From NCBI GenBank assembly GCA_026713245.1, contig JAPOOU010000246.1:882-64881 (forward strand): a stretch of DNA of 64,000 nucleotides. The letters are read 5' to 3'. The first letter of the stretch is position 1; each line of letters begins with the position of its first letter. Made by a program: the position numbers and the translations under genes. The notes below the pieces were generated by a model. It did not search any database and was not told where the DNA came from. It saw nothing but the letters and a program-made list of their open reading frames with translations. This DNA is from Chloroflexota bacterium (GTDB lineage: Bacteria; Chloroflexota; Anaerolineae; Aggregatilineales; Phototrophicaceae). Of the stretch, positions 35,600-45,800 are shown in pieces.

Positions 35600-36775
35600 C
35601 TAACGAGGGTATACCCAGGTTTGGCGCCCATCGACTCCAAACGCAATTAACAGCTTGCCAGGATCGACTGAACTTACGATGATCAAAGGTTCATCGATAT
35701 TCATGGTCGCGCTCGGCTCCAATAATAGCGAATTGCCTAGCAACTCGGGCGCTCCTTCGATTTCCCGCGCGTTTATCAACTCGCCGTCACGGCTATCTAG
35801 CCAATAGACATTGCCGTCACGCGAAGAAACGATCACGCGTTGATCATAAAACAGCGGACCCGCCTGAATGCCTCTTTCAGCCACCTGCACAGACCAGCGT
35901 TCGGCCAAGGCGTTGCTCGTATCAAGCGCATGCACATACCCGCTGAGATCCGCCACGTAAATGATGCCGAACTCATCGATTGCCGGGGTGCCCCAGACCC
36001 AATTCTGTGTGTCATATTTGTTCAGGATCTGGCCGTCAAGCGATATCTCAAAAAAGGACTTGTTGAAGCTCCCGACATAAAGGCGGCCGTTTGCCAGCAG
36101 CGGAGTAGAGGCGACGCTCCCGCCCAGATCTACCGACCACAATTGCGCGCCACTTGACCGTTCAATCGCATATAACTGATGATTCAGCGACGGTACAATG
36201 ATCATGTCGTCCACCAATAGCGGCCGCGCCCAAATGCCCCCGCTTGTGGGGAACGTCCACAGTTCGCTGAAATCGATCTTTGAAGTCGCTCTCAGTCCGC
36301 CATTTTGATAGGGAACGTATAATACGTCCCCGACCTCAAGCATGCTGGCTACAACCTGATCTGCAACAGGTATGGCGCGCTGTACTTCCGCTACGACGGC
36401 ATCGACCTTCAGCAGCCTTTTGTTATGGTCGGCCACCAAAAGCGTTTCCGCGTCCAGGCGAACAGGCAAAGCGTAAAACTGTGCATTTTCGGAAGTTGCG
36501 CCCGAAAGCACCCAACTGCGCGGATTATTCTCGTTATCTCGTATTGGATTGCCGCTATCGGGATTGATCAATCTGGCCGGCACGCCGTTTGCCGGGCTCA
36601 GAATTGCGACCTGGTCGTTGTACGAAAGTGAAATATGTTCCTGGCCATTTAGTTCAATCAGTCCGACCGATGGCCAGCTGACGCCCATGCGCGTGCCAAC
36701 ACAAGACGTCGCGGCCAGCGCAACCAGCAGCATGATTATGCTCAAGCGAATTCGCCTATGTGTCGTCAAGTTCAA
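35600..36775 (-). CDS. PQQ-like beta-propeller repeat lipoprotein (BamB-like fold)
   Basis: Signal peptide with Cys ([19 protein letters not shown]). Repeated '...LYA(I/L)...G...W' blades ([45 protein letters not shown]). TTG start overlaps the yidD stop (TTGA). Confidence 0.7.
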   Translation of the reverse strand: MNLTTHRRIRLSIIMLLVALAATSCVGTRMGVSWPSVGLIELNGQEHISLSYNDQVAILSPANGVPARLINPDSGNPIRDNENNPRSWVLSGATSENAQFYALPVRLDAETLLVADHNKRLLKVDAVVAEVQRAIPVADQVVASMLEVGDVLYVPYQNGGLRATSKIDFSELWTFPTSGGIWARPLLVDDMIIVPSLNHQLYAIERSSGAQLWSVDLGGSVASTPLLANGRLYVGSFNKSFFEISLDGQILNKYDTQNWVWGTPAIDEFGIIYVADLSGYVHALDTSNALAERWSVQVAERGIQAGPLFYDQRVIVSSRDGNVYWLDSRDGELINAREIEGAPELLGNSLLLEPSATMNIDEPLIIVSSVDPGKLLIAFGVDGRQTWVYPR

Positions 36776-36999
36776 ACATCACTCCTTGGGGGAACAGGAT
36801 CATACCCACCTGGATTAAGCGGATGGCATCTAAATATCCGCTGTAATGCCATCCATATGCCTCGCGCAGGTCCATAGACTTCGATTGCCTCGTAAGCATA
36901 CGCGGAACATGTTGGCGTGAATCGACAAGCGGATGGCAGTATAGGCGACAAAATACGCTTGTAGCCTCGGATCGCTCGTAGCAGGATCCACTTGAACAC
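36772..36999 (-). CDS. yidD: Membrane protein insertion efficiency factor YidD
   Basis: [35 protein letters not shown]...[14 protein letters not shown] is the canonical YidD sequence. Confidence 0.92.
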   Translation of the reverse strand: MFKWILLRAIRGYKRILSPILPSACRFTPTCSAYAYEAIEVYGPARGIWMALQRIFRCHPLNPGGYDPVPPRSDV

Positions 37000-37000
37000 T

Positions 37001-37345
37001 TCAACCGACCTTCAACAGCTGCGCGCGCTGAAACAAGACACTCACTATACGCTGTAATTCGCTATACGGTTGCTGAAGTATCGCGGGCCTGGCAACGATT
37101 ACGATATCGAAGCCCTGTCCAACGCAATCGTGAATGCTGTCAATCAAAGCTCGCAGGCGGCGTTTGCATCGATTGCGCGATACGGCGGCGCCCACGTGTT
37201 TGCCAACGACAAAGCCATAGCGATTGCCGGGCAAGCCGTTATCGCGTAAGCTGAGCAGCATTACACGATGACGATAAACCTTGCCTTCCTGCCTCACACG
37301 AGCAAAATCGCTAGACTGCCGCAGCCTAAGGGCAGTTCTCATCAC
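37001..37345 (-). CDS. rnpA: Ribonuclease P protein component
   Basis: RNR motif region [14 protein letters not shown]. Starts immediately after the rpmH stop. Confidence 0.88.
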   Translation of the reverse strand: MMRTALRLRQSSDFARVRQEGKVYRHRVMLLSLRDNGLPGNRYGFVVGKHVGAAVSRNRCKRRLRALIDSIHDCVGQGFDIVIVARPAILQQPYSELQRIVSVLFQRAQLLKVG

Positions 37346-37525
37346 TTAGCTTGCATTCCAGTTGACTTTCTTGACATGGTTGGGTGTGACGGCAAGCTGA
37401 TGGCGTCCGCGCCGCCGCCTCGCCTTGAGAACACGACGACCGTTCTTGGTGCTCATTCGCTTGCGGAATCCATGCACGCGTTTACGGCGTCGCACTTTTG
37501 GCTGCCATGTTCGTTTGGTTGACAT
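37346..37525 (-). CDS. rpmH: 50S ribosomal protein L34 (with a ~13-aa C-terminal extension)
   Basis: [49 protein letters not shown] at 37525 has AAGG 8 nt upstream. Confidence 0.92.
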   Translation of the reverse strand: MSTKRTWQPKVRRRKRVHGFRKRMSTKNGRRVLKARRRRGRHQLAVTPNHVKKVNWNAS

Positions 37526-37569
37526 CACACTTGCCTTTGTATTTGCCGCTTATCAATCCACAAGCGGTA

Positions 37570-37598
37570 AGTATAGTCGAGCAAGAATTTTAGGTCAA
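37570..37598 (-). promoter_or_regulatory. sigma70-type promoter of rpmH (TTGACC-17 nt-TATACT)
   Basis: Near-consensus hexamers with a 17-nt spacer on the minus strand, about 45 nt upstream of the rpmH ATG. Confidence 0.6.
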
Positions 37599-37731
37599 CA
37601 GTCGCCTCGCTCACATCGGATCTCATGCCTGAATGATCCTCCGAACCAAACCCGGGAGCGTCCAGACGAATTCAACCCGGTCGATTCTCCCGCAATTCCT
37701 CGTCAAGAGCCAAGATTGGTGCAAGTTGCGC

Positions 37732-37761
37732 TTGACGACAAGCGACCGCTTACAGTAGGAT
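37732..37761 (+). promoter_or_regulatory. Candidate promoter (TTGACG-18 nt-TAGGAT) for the unknown three-gene operon
   Basis: Hexamers read from the sequence, about 85 nt upstream of the ATG at 37845. Confidence 0.4.
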
Positions 37762-37844
37762 TGCAGCGTTACCGAGAATATCAGCAACGCCCCGAGTGTT
37801 TCTATGCTTGATATTGGGCTAGCAACAAATAGATAAGGATGCCG

Positions 37845-39428
37845 ATGACCTTGTTACCGGCACAACATTGGGCATACAGCTTCTCAATAGGTGCTGAAGA
37901 CATAGATAGCATCACCAACCTCCTGCTTGAAAAAGAGATGCCATTGTCCAGCGTAGAGCTTGCCACTGCGATAATCAGACTGCGCGAAGAAAACATCAAA
38001 CTTCAGCTTGAGCAACAGTATGAAGGCACCAAGATCTATCAGCCTTGCGGAAGCTTCGCAGTTGGTGATCGTTTAACCTTCGCGCAAATGAACTACCGAA
38101 CCGCCACCATTGTCGGATTGCGAGACGGCAAGTACAAGAACGTTGGCCCGTTCAAAGTTGCGGCGGTTGCATTTGACGACGCAGCTTCTCTATCGGATGC
38201 GCGGCCGCGTGAATTTGCCACGGAGTATAACGGAGAGCACCCGCTCAATAACCCCGACACCAATCATCACCCCGGTAATTCACACAGCGAATTCACCGTA
38301 GAAGACATTGTTAATGCCCCGGAAGTGACGATTATCCAGCAAGTGAACGACGCTCTGGAAAAAAACCCCGATCTTGTGCGGATCGCGGGAACCTGGTTTG
38401 TGCGCGAACTCATGCAAGAGGTTGACATCGGGCACATGCACTTATCGGAAGCAGTCCTGGACATGCACGGCGGAGGGCCGATGGGGCCCGATGAAATCCT
38501 GGAACAAATTGGCGGGCTCGGGGATTCGCCGAATCCCTTGCAAGTCTTTTCCTTGAATTACGCCATGAACCGGGATGAACGTTTTGACGAAGTGGGACCC
38601 GCCGGCGTTATACTTTGGCATTTGACCCGCCTGCTGCCCAGAATGGTGCGACAGGTACCCAAGATTCTGCAGTACCTGCCGGTCGAGTATGATCGGAGCC
38701 TGCTCAGGAACGAAATGCTGCAACTGGAATATGATTTGGACGACGAGCATTCGCCCTTAAAATCCGCCCCGCCCGACGATGAGGTCAGTATTACCCTGAC
38801 ATATCCGCATCGACGTGTGGGCACATTGCCCATCAATTCGGAAACCAGGCACGTCTTCCCGGATGCCAAGACGCCGCGCATCGCAATCACCATCATTGAC
38901 ACCCTGGACAAAGAGGAATACCCCTGTTGGGTTGTCCATAGGTTCAAATATGTTTATGGCCTGGCCGCGCTTTATCAAAAGCACCATCTGCCGGTCGGCG
39001 CCTACGTATATCTAAACCGCACCGGTGACCCCAGTCGATTCGAAATTGAGTTTGACAATTATCGTCCGCGCACCGAATGGATTCCCGTGGTCGAAAGCAC
39101 AAAGAAGGACCAACTTCATTTCGGCACGGCAAAGCGCGCTATCGGCGCCGATTACGATGACATGATTATCGTAGGTGTCAACGTGCTTTCCGAAGTTGAT
39201 CGTCTGGGTAAGGATGTGCAAAACAAGCAATTGCCGCTTGCGAAGCTATTGCGCAGTCTGATTTCCGAACTAAGCAAGCAGAACCCGCAAAAGTCGGTAC
39301 ATGCAAAGGTGCTTTACAGTACGATAAACATTTTGCGCCGCTGTCCGCCGGGTCCGATTTGCGCCACGCTCGTTGCTAATCCCGAATTTGAGTATGTGGG
39401 CGGTAACTACTGGAAACTAAGCGAGTGA
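37845..39428 (+). CDS. Hypothetical cytoplasmic protein (~527 aa), possibly containing HARE-HTH/winged-helix-like modules
   Basis: Long ORF with AAGGA 5 nt upstream of the second ATG. No TM, signal or catalytic motif. LVRIAGTWFVREL and FEYVGGNYWKLSE resemble HARE-HTH terminal strands (weak pattern call). Confidence 0.55.
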   Translation: MTLLPAQHWAYSFSIGAEDIDSITNLLLEKEMPLSSVELATAIIRLREENIKLQLEQQYEGTKIYQPCGSFAVGDRLTFAQMNYRTATIVGLRDGKYKNVGPFKVAAVAFDDAASLSDARPREFATEYNGEHPLNNPDTNHHPGNSHSEFTVEDIVNAPEVTIIQQVNDALEKNPDLVRIAGTWFVRELMQEVDIGHMHLSEAVLDMHGGGPMGPDEILEQIGGLGDSPNPLQVFSLNYAMNRDERFDEVGPAGVILWHLTRLLPRMVRQVPKILQYLPVEYDRSLLRNEMLQLEYDLDDEHSPLKSAPPDDEVSITLTYPHRRVGTLPINSETRHVFPDAKTPRIAITIIDTLDKEEYPCWVVHRFKYVYGLAALYQKHHLPVGAYVYLNRTGDPSRFEIEFDNYRPRTEWIPVVESTKKDQLHFGTAKRAIGADYDDMIIVGVNVLSEVDRLGKDVQNKQLPLAKLLRSLISELSKQNPQKSVHAKVLYSTINILRRCPPGPICATLVANPEFEYVGGNYWKLSE

Positions 39429-39444
39429 TTCTGAGGCCATCCAG

Positions 39445-39879
39445 ATGTCTCTCAACTATCTGATCAAGCCCAGCATAAAAACCAAATTCCGTATCGACTA
39501 TGATTGGTGGGAATCAAGCCGAGACGATTTACATGTCTATCTGCTGACGCACCTGACGCGCGAGCAGCAGGCGGAGCTCGAGCAGCAAGACTTGCGCGAG
39601 TCCTTTGACTATGTCGACCCACAGACCGGTGAAGTTTTCCAGTTGGACACATTGGGGTTGGCGATCAGGGTGGCATCGCAAAGGGAGGATTTCATCAGCG
39701 TGCACATTGGCCTCATTGACAGCGTATTTCGCGCCTTGCTCGTCAATGGCAACCAACCACTGAATCCCCTCGAGCTAGCGGATATCACCGGAAGAGACGC
39801 CGCCACGATTCTTAAGACCATTGGCGGTGTGCGCATATACCGAGGTATCCGCCCCCATCATCCGGCGCCCGGAGAATAG
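39445..39879 (+). CDS. Hypothetical protein (144 aa), possible C-terminal winged-helix
   Basis: ORF starts 16 nt after the preceding stop. LELADITGRDAATILKTIGGVRIY is HTH-like. No recognised family. Confidence 0.5.
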   Translation: MSLNYLIKPSIKTKFRIDYDWWESSRDDLHVYLLTHLTREQQAELEQQDLRESFDYVDPQTGEVFQLDTLGLAIRVASQREDFISVHIGLIDSVFRALLVNGNQPLNPLELADITGRDAATILKTIGGVRIYRGIRPHHPAPGE

Positions 39880-39882
39880 TCC

Positions 39883-40305
39883 ATGGCGCGGGTGATAAAC
39901 ACAAACAGTCCTGGCAAACGTCGCAACGCGCACATGAGAACCGTCGCCGAGATTCTGCGGCATCTTGGACAAAAGACAACGATAGATGACAGTTCCAAGG
40001 ATATGGTAGCCGTGGTCATTTTCAACCTGCGAGCAATCGAGGCTACGGTTGAGGAATCGGCCGTCGCCTGGGAGAAACGTGGTTATTGGAAAAAAGCCGA
40101 TGACTTCCAGCAAAAATGGTGGTGGTGCTCACTTTCGTCGAATTCCTTGGAAAAACTGGTCAGAAGTGACAACTGGGAACAGATCCCGGAAGCCTTGGTC
40201 AAGCTTTTCCCACATTTTTCCGATATCAAGATCAACAGACTCACCCGCGATCCAGGAGACTGGATCGGCATGTACAGCAAGCTCATGCGCGAGAAGACGC
40301 GTTAA
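39883..40305 (+). CDS. Hypothetical protein (140 aa), basic N-terminus and Trp-rich core
   Basis: ORF starts 3 nt after the preceding stop. SPGKRRNAHMRT, QQKWWWC. No recognised family. Confidence 0.5.
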   Translation: MARVINTNSPGKRRNAHMRTVAEILRHLGQKTTIDDSSKDMVAVVIFNLRAIEATVEESAVAWEKRGYWKKADDFQQKWWWCSLSSNSLEKLVRSDNWEQIPEALVKLFPHFSDIKINRLTRDPGDWIGMYSKLMREKTR

Positions 40306-40472
40306 GCAGCTTGTCGCCCGGTGTCTTCCCCGTCGGCCGGTCAGTAGCAGGAAAGAGCTCCGTTGCATCCCATAACAAGAATAGGGCGCCCTGCCGATAC
40401 CTTTTCGAAGTCCCGGAGTATGGGCAATATATACAAGCCTTTGTCAATACTATATAATTCATCTCAAGCGCA

Positions 40473-40877
40473 GTGGCGCCCGTCGCCACTATGCAAACCG
40501 TCACAGGACTGGACTCAAGGCTTGTCATGGCCACAGAAGAACCTCTGCTGGCGAAGACCAGCGCGGAATTGCGGATAGAGCGCCTAACCTGGTTTGGATT
40601 GGTCGCTGTTCTGGTCACCCCTGGCATCCTGCCGGACTGGCTGACGCTGCATAACGCGCTGACCCCGCTTCTTGCCGGACTCGTGCTAATCTCCTCTGGA
40701 ATATACCAGCATCGTCAGAATTGGCGTGTTGGTTTCTCGACCTGGGTGGCTGGCACAATCGGTATTGGGATAGCAATATACAGCCTGCTGGAACGACCGG
40801 AGTTGGACATGACACTTCCAGTTGTCTTGCTCGCTGTTTTTGTGATCGGCACTGGCATTTTTGTCAATGAGACTTAA
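40473..40877 (+). CDS. Small integral membrane protein (3-4 TM helices)
   Basis: Hydrophobic ORF ending 6 nt before the PucR-type gene. Start uncertain (GTG 40473, ATG 40491 or 40527). Confidence 0.45.
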   Translation: MAPVATMQTVTGLDSRLVMATEEPLLAKTSAELRIERLTWFGLVAVLVTPGILPDWLTLHNALTPLLAGLVLISSGIYQHRQNWRVGFSTWVAGTIGIGIAIYSLLERPELDMTLPVVLLAVFVIGTGIFVNET

Positions 40878-40883
40878 GCAATA

Positions 40884-42560
40884 TTGAATTTGCTTTCAGC
40901 ACTGGATGGCATCATGAAAAGACCCGGCGCGCAAGAGATCACGGTAGAAGAGGTTCGCAAGCTGGCGCTACCGTTGAGCACGTATATTCTGTCGGGCGAA
41001 GGTCTGCTGGATCGCCCGGTGACATGGACAACGGTGATCCATCCTGAAGACGACATCTCCTCCAAACAAGTTCAAAAGCGCGAGTTAGTCTTGATAGCGC
41101 CGGTTAACAATCCGCCAAAAGCGCATGGAGACACCGAATTGATCCAGTGGTGCGCCGGAGTGCAGGCCTCCGCGGTCGCGTTTTGCGGCGCAGTTAGCCC
41201 CTCCGCCCTGGCCGAGGCAAAAGCCCGCAACCTTCCAGTCTTAAACGTAACCAGCAATGTGCGCATTCGCGAAATCGAGAAGACGATTATCGGCCTGCTG
41301 GTCAATCGCAAGGGACAAGTTGAACGGCGCGCGATCCAGATTTATCGCCAGTTGACACAGATTTCTTCCCGCAACGAAGGAATGGACGAATTAATCGCTG
41401 CCATGGCGCGCTTGACCAAGAAAGCCGTCGTCATTCACGACAAGCGTTTGCATCCGCTTTCCCATAAGATCCAGCCTGAATTCGTTGATATTTGGGATGA
41501 CATCGAGTTCTTTTTGAAAAAGCAGGACAATCTGCCGGTCGAATTGCATGATCGGCACCGCGTCGTCGAGGTCGATCCGCCAGTGCTCATGCAAGCGCTG
41601 CCAATTTCCGGCGTCGCCCGCCTGGTTGCGCCGGTCATTACCAAGGGCGTCGGCCGCGGTTACTTGTCAATCATCGGCCGTGAAGGCGATCTCGATGAAA
41701 TTGACCAATTGGTTTGCGAGCACGGCGCGGCAGCCTGTGCTTTGGAGATGGCAAAGCAGAAGGCAGTAAACGAAACTGAGAAGCGCCTGCGCGGCACCTT
41801 CCTTGATCGACTGTTACTTGGCGATGTTAGTCAGCAGGAGGCGGTTCGCCAAGGCGAGCGCTTCAATCATGAGATGACGCAAACGCATATCGCCTTCGTT
41901 TTGTCTTGGCGCGGAGAAAACCGACCCTCGCTGCGTCGCTTGGAAACTACGGTGAACACCATCATCACAAGCCGCAGTTGTTCCGCGCTTGTCTGGACAA
42001 GAGAAAAAGAAGGTCAAGTCGTCGTCTTCCATGCGACCGATTATTCCGACCCCGTCGATCAAAGTATGGAATTGTCCAATGCCTTCAGTAGAGAGTTAAA
42101 CCGTCAGTATCCACAATACCGCATTGCCATTGGATTGGGCCAGGTCGCGCGGGATATAAACGGCTGGCGCAGCAGTTACCGAGACGCCGTGCAAGCCATG
42201 GAGTTGGCCGAGCGCCTGAAAACCGACTCGCCGCTCTATATAGGCGATCTGGGCGTATATCAACTCATCCTGAGCCTCTCCGACAGAGACAAGCTAAGCG
42301 ACTTCTGCGAGGATACGCTTGGTCCCATAATGGACTATGACATGCGCCAGAATGCGGACTTGATCAAGACATTGGAGGCGTTTTTCACTTGCCACGGCAA
42401 TCTGTCGCAAACGGCGGAATCCCTAATCGTCCATCGCAACACGCTGCTTTATCGCATGAATCGCATTAGCGAAATAGCCGGTATTGATCTGAACAGGCCG
42501 GAAACGCGCCTGGCATTGCACCTTGCGCTGACCATCAGGCGATTGCTCGCTCTCAGTTAA
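40884..42560 (+). CDS. PucR/CdaR-family transcriptional regulator
   Basis: N-terminal PucR-like domain and C-terminal HTH (GNLSQTAESLIVHRNTLLYRMNRISEIAGIDL). Start may be the ATG at 40914. Confidence 0.85.
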   Translation: MNLLSALDGIMKRPGAQEITVEEVRKLALPLSTYILSGEGLLDRPVTWTTVIHPEDDISSKQVQKRELVLIAPVNNPPKAHGDTELIQWCAGVQASAVAFCGAVSPSALAEAKARNLPVLNVTSNVRIREIEKTIIGLLVNRKGQVERRAIQIYRQLTQISSRNEGMDELIAAMARLTKKAVVIHDKRLHPLSHKIQPEFVDIWDDIEFFLKKQDNLPVELHDRHRVVEVDPPVLMQALPISGVARLVAPVITKGVGRGYLSIIGREGDLDEIDQLVCEHGAAACALEMAKQKAVNETEKRLRGTFLDRLLLGDVSQQEAVRQGERFNHEMTQTHIAFVLSWRGENRPSLRRLETTVNTIITSRSCSALVWTREKEGQVVVFHATDYSDPVDQSMELSNAFSRELNRQYPQYRIAIGLGQVARDINGWRSSYRDAVQAMELAERLKTDSPLYIGDLGVYQLILSLSDRDKLSDFCEDTLGPIMDYDMRQNADLIKTLEAFFTCHGNLSQTAESLIVHRNTLLYRMNRISEIAGIDLNRPETRLALHLALTIRRLLALS

Positions 42561-42730
42561 TTGGTGCGATAGTGAGCCCGTTTCCGTCGCAATGCGTCAT
42601 CTCTGTATCAAACTGGCTCCCCGGTTTCTAGTCGTCCATACCAATACGGTGCTAGCGCTCTTTGTATAGTTTGCCCAAGCCTACGTTGAATTTGTCCATA
42701 ATTTCTAGCAATAGTGCCGTCGATCAATTC

Positions 42731-42739
42731 TGGTATAAT
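42731..42739 (+). promoter_or_regulatory. Extended -10 promoter element (TGgTATAAT) upstream of gltB
   Basis: Read from an AT-rich intergenic region. Would give a ~120-nt leader before AGGAGG-8 nt-ATG at 42864. Confidence 0.45.
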
Positions 42740-42863
42740 GCAGCATACATAATGTGCAAAGTGACAAAAGTCAAATAACAGTTTTACTGAATTGGATTCA
42801 TGATTAGTCCTTGAAGACGCTTGTTTTGTTGTGCGACGACACCGGTCGTTAGGAGGAAATGAG

Positions 42864-45800
42864 ATGACTCATTCCCAGAACGATAACTTTGCTGACCTTC
42901 ATCGCATTGATCGCGAACATCGCGACGCCTGTGCGCTTATCTGTTCTGTGCGTAAGGGTGGTCAAGCCACGCATGGCAACGTAAAACGAACGATTGAAGC
43001 ATTGACGCGCATGGGCCATCGCACAGGTTACATCAATGGCGAAGGCGATGGCGTTGGCGTGTTGACGGATATACCCCGTCAGCTTTGGACGAAGTGGCTG
43101 GCGGAAGCCGGGCTGAGATCTTCATTGGCGACCGACCGCAATTTCTGGGTCGCCCACGTGATGATTCCCGCCGCCGATCGCGCGCGATCTCAGAACATCA
43201 TTGATCAGATCTGCCGCCATATTAGCGAAGCAGGTCTGCACATATTGATCGACCGCAGCAGCCGGGTGAACTCCCAGGTTCTGGGACCTAATGCGGAAAA
43301 GAATGAACCGGTCTTTTGGCAGATCGCCGGCATCAACGGTCAAGTGCCATCTGCCAACCTGGATGCTACGCTTTTCGAGCTTCAGGTCCAGTTGGAGGCC
43401 GATCTTGGTGTGCATTTCCCATCGTTCTCCTCGCACAGCGTGGTCTACAAAGTGCAAGGCACCATCGAGATTCTGCGCCGCTATTACCCGGAATTGCGCG
43501 ATCCTGATTACGCTTCGTCGCTCACTATGGGGCACGCTCGATACAGCACTAATACCAATCCGATTTTTGAACGCGCGCAGCCTTTTTGTCTGATTGGACA
43601 CAATGGCGAATTCAACACCATTTCCCGTTTCCGGCTGGAATCGGAAATGCTGAAGATACCCATGGTGGAAAACGGATCGGACTCCCAGGATGTCGACCGG
43701 TCAATCTACGCGTTGTGTATGCGCCACGGCCTTGACCTGATCGAGGCTATGGAACACGTTTTCCCTCCATTCAACCACGATTTGATTCAGGACGCGCCGG
43801 AAATCCACGATATGTACGATGAAATCCGGCAATCATTTGGCCCCTTCGCTCAGGGTCCGGCTGCTGTCGCCGCTAGATTGGGCAATCTGGCAGTATTCAG
43901 TGTAGACGCGCTGGGCTTGCGACCGCTCTGGTTCGGAGAGACCGAGAAAGAATATTTTGTTTCGTCGGAACGCGGCGTTTATCCTCTGGACTCCATGTCC
44001 GTCAGCCCCAAACCGATGGCGCCAGGCGAAAAGATCGCTCTTGAGATCAACGCTGGCCACTCGATTCAGGTTCTCGACTATCCCGCCATTCAGCGCTACG
44101 TCTACAACAAGTATCGGGATCGCAAGCCCGGCGGCGCGCCCGGGTCCGACATTTGGGTTTCCGGTTCCGGCAATGGCGCCGCAGCGCCCAGCGGCAACTA
44201 CCCGATGCCCCCGACACCGGACGGCGGCCGACAGCTGCAAATGGAGACGGCGCCGGTAACCGTGCTGGAGAAAGCCCCCGAAGCGCGCAAGACCGCATCA
44301 AAGTTGCCTTGGTCGGATTCACCGGTCAAAGTCAATGCCGCCGTCATGTCCGGCTTCGGTTGGGAGCGTTACCACGTTGAAGTCATGTCGTCGCTGGCCG
44401 AAAACGCGAAGGAACAAATTGGTAGTCTCGGTTGGGACGGTCCTGTAGCCGCCCTTAGCAACCTGCGCGTTAATCTGGCGGATTATTTCAAAGAGACAAT
44501 CGCCGTCGTTACCAACCCGTCAATTGATCGCGAACGCGAGCAATCACAGTTTTCGTCACAGGTGCTCATCGGTACTCGCCCCGAAATCGCGCTGGGACGA
44601 GACGATGAATCGACCATGATCCGCCTGGAAATCCCGCTACTTCTGGAATCAATTCCGGACTTTGAAGATACTGCGCTGCTCCGCGATATCGCCGCGCAGT
44701 ACGGCACAATGATGATCGACGATCTTGCCGAAGTCTTTGAAGATCGCGTCAGTTACCTGTCTATGGGATGCCCTGCCGACACTTCAATCGACCAATCCAT
44801 CGAAATGCTTCAGCAGCGGGCGGTTGAGGATGTACTGGCCGGTGTTCAATGTCTCATTCTCGACGACAACAAGGTGGCGTCCGGCGAGCAATTGTTCATA
44901 GATCCGTTGTTGGCGACTGCTGCCGTGGACAAAGCCTTGAGACAGGCGGATCATACGCCGAATCTTCGCAGACGGGTTGGATTGGTGGTTCGCTCGGGCG
45001 CATTGCGCGACATGCACGACTTGTCAATTTGCCTCAGCCTCGGCGCCAACGCCATACTTCCCTATGCGATGTACGCCGTCTGCCTGGGCACTGCCCCGCG
45101 CGGCAGCAAGAATCCGCTTACAGATGACCATATCAAGACTTATCTCGGCAATTCGCTCAAGGCGATTCACGCCGCGCTCCAGAAGATCACATCCACTGTC
45201 GGCTGTCACGAATTGCGCGGATACGGGCATAGCTTCAGTTCGATCGGATTGTCCAAAAACCTGGTCAACCTGCTGGGAACGCCGAATTATTTCGGCTCGA
45301 CCGGTCGAGGCTTAACGTGGACCTCGTTGATGAATGACGCCGAGGAGCGCGCCAAGGAATTTCGCGGCGAGGTACGTGCCCGCCTGAAAAACCCCGAGCG
45401 CTTTTATCCCAAGATGTGGAAGAAAGCCGAGGCGGTCGCTCACGGCGAATTGGCCTTCGAAGAATACACCGACGCGCTTTTGAGTCTGGAAGACAGAATG
45501 CCCGTGTCGATCAGGCACATCATGTCATTGAAAGAGAGTCCAACGCCCTTAAACCCGGACGATGTCGATATCAGCATTAAAGGATATGACATGCCGGTGT
45601 TGATCAGCGCTATGTCCTTTGGGTCGCAGGGTGAACTGGCTTATCGTTCCTACTTTGAAGCGGCGCACCAGCTCAACATTATCTGCATGAACGGCGAGGG
45701 TGGCGAGATTCACGACTTGCTGGGCAAGTATCCGCGCAATCGCGGGCAACAAGTGGCCTCAGGCCGTTTTGGCGTCAACATCGCTTTCTTAAACAGCGCG

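Noticed and set aside
37546-37567. Hairpin CCGCTT-10 nt-AAGCGG in the rpmH leader
   Set aside because: The predicted transcription start (about 7 nt after the -10) falls inside the 5' arm, so the hairpin may not exist in the RNA. The 6-bp stem is also weak.
37529-37838. Possible oriC or DnaA-box cluster upstream of rpmH
   Set aside because: There is only one weak DnaA-box-like 9-mer (cAATCCACA, 7 of 9), no box cluster, no AT-rich unwinding element and no dnaA gene. Two ordinary divergent promoters explain the region adequately.
42746-42863. Glutamine or other nitrogen riboswitch in the gltB leader
   Set aside because: I could not find the conserved glnA-RNA core or a convincing structure. 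There are only a short hairpin near the SD and AT-rich sequence.
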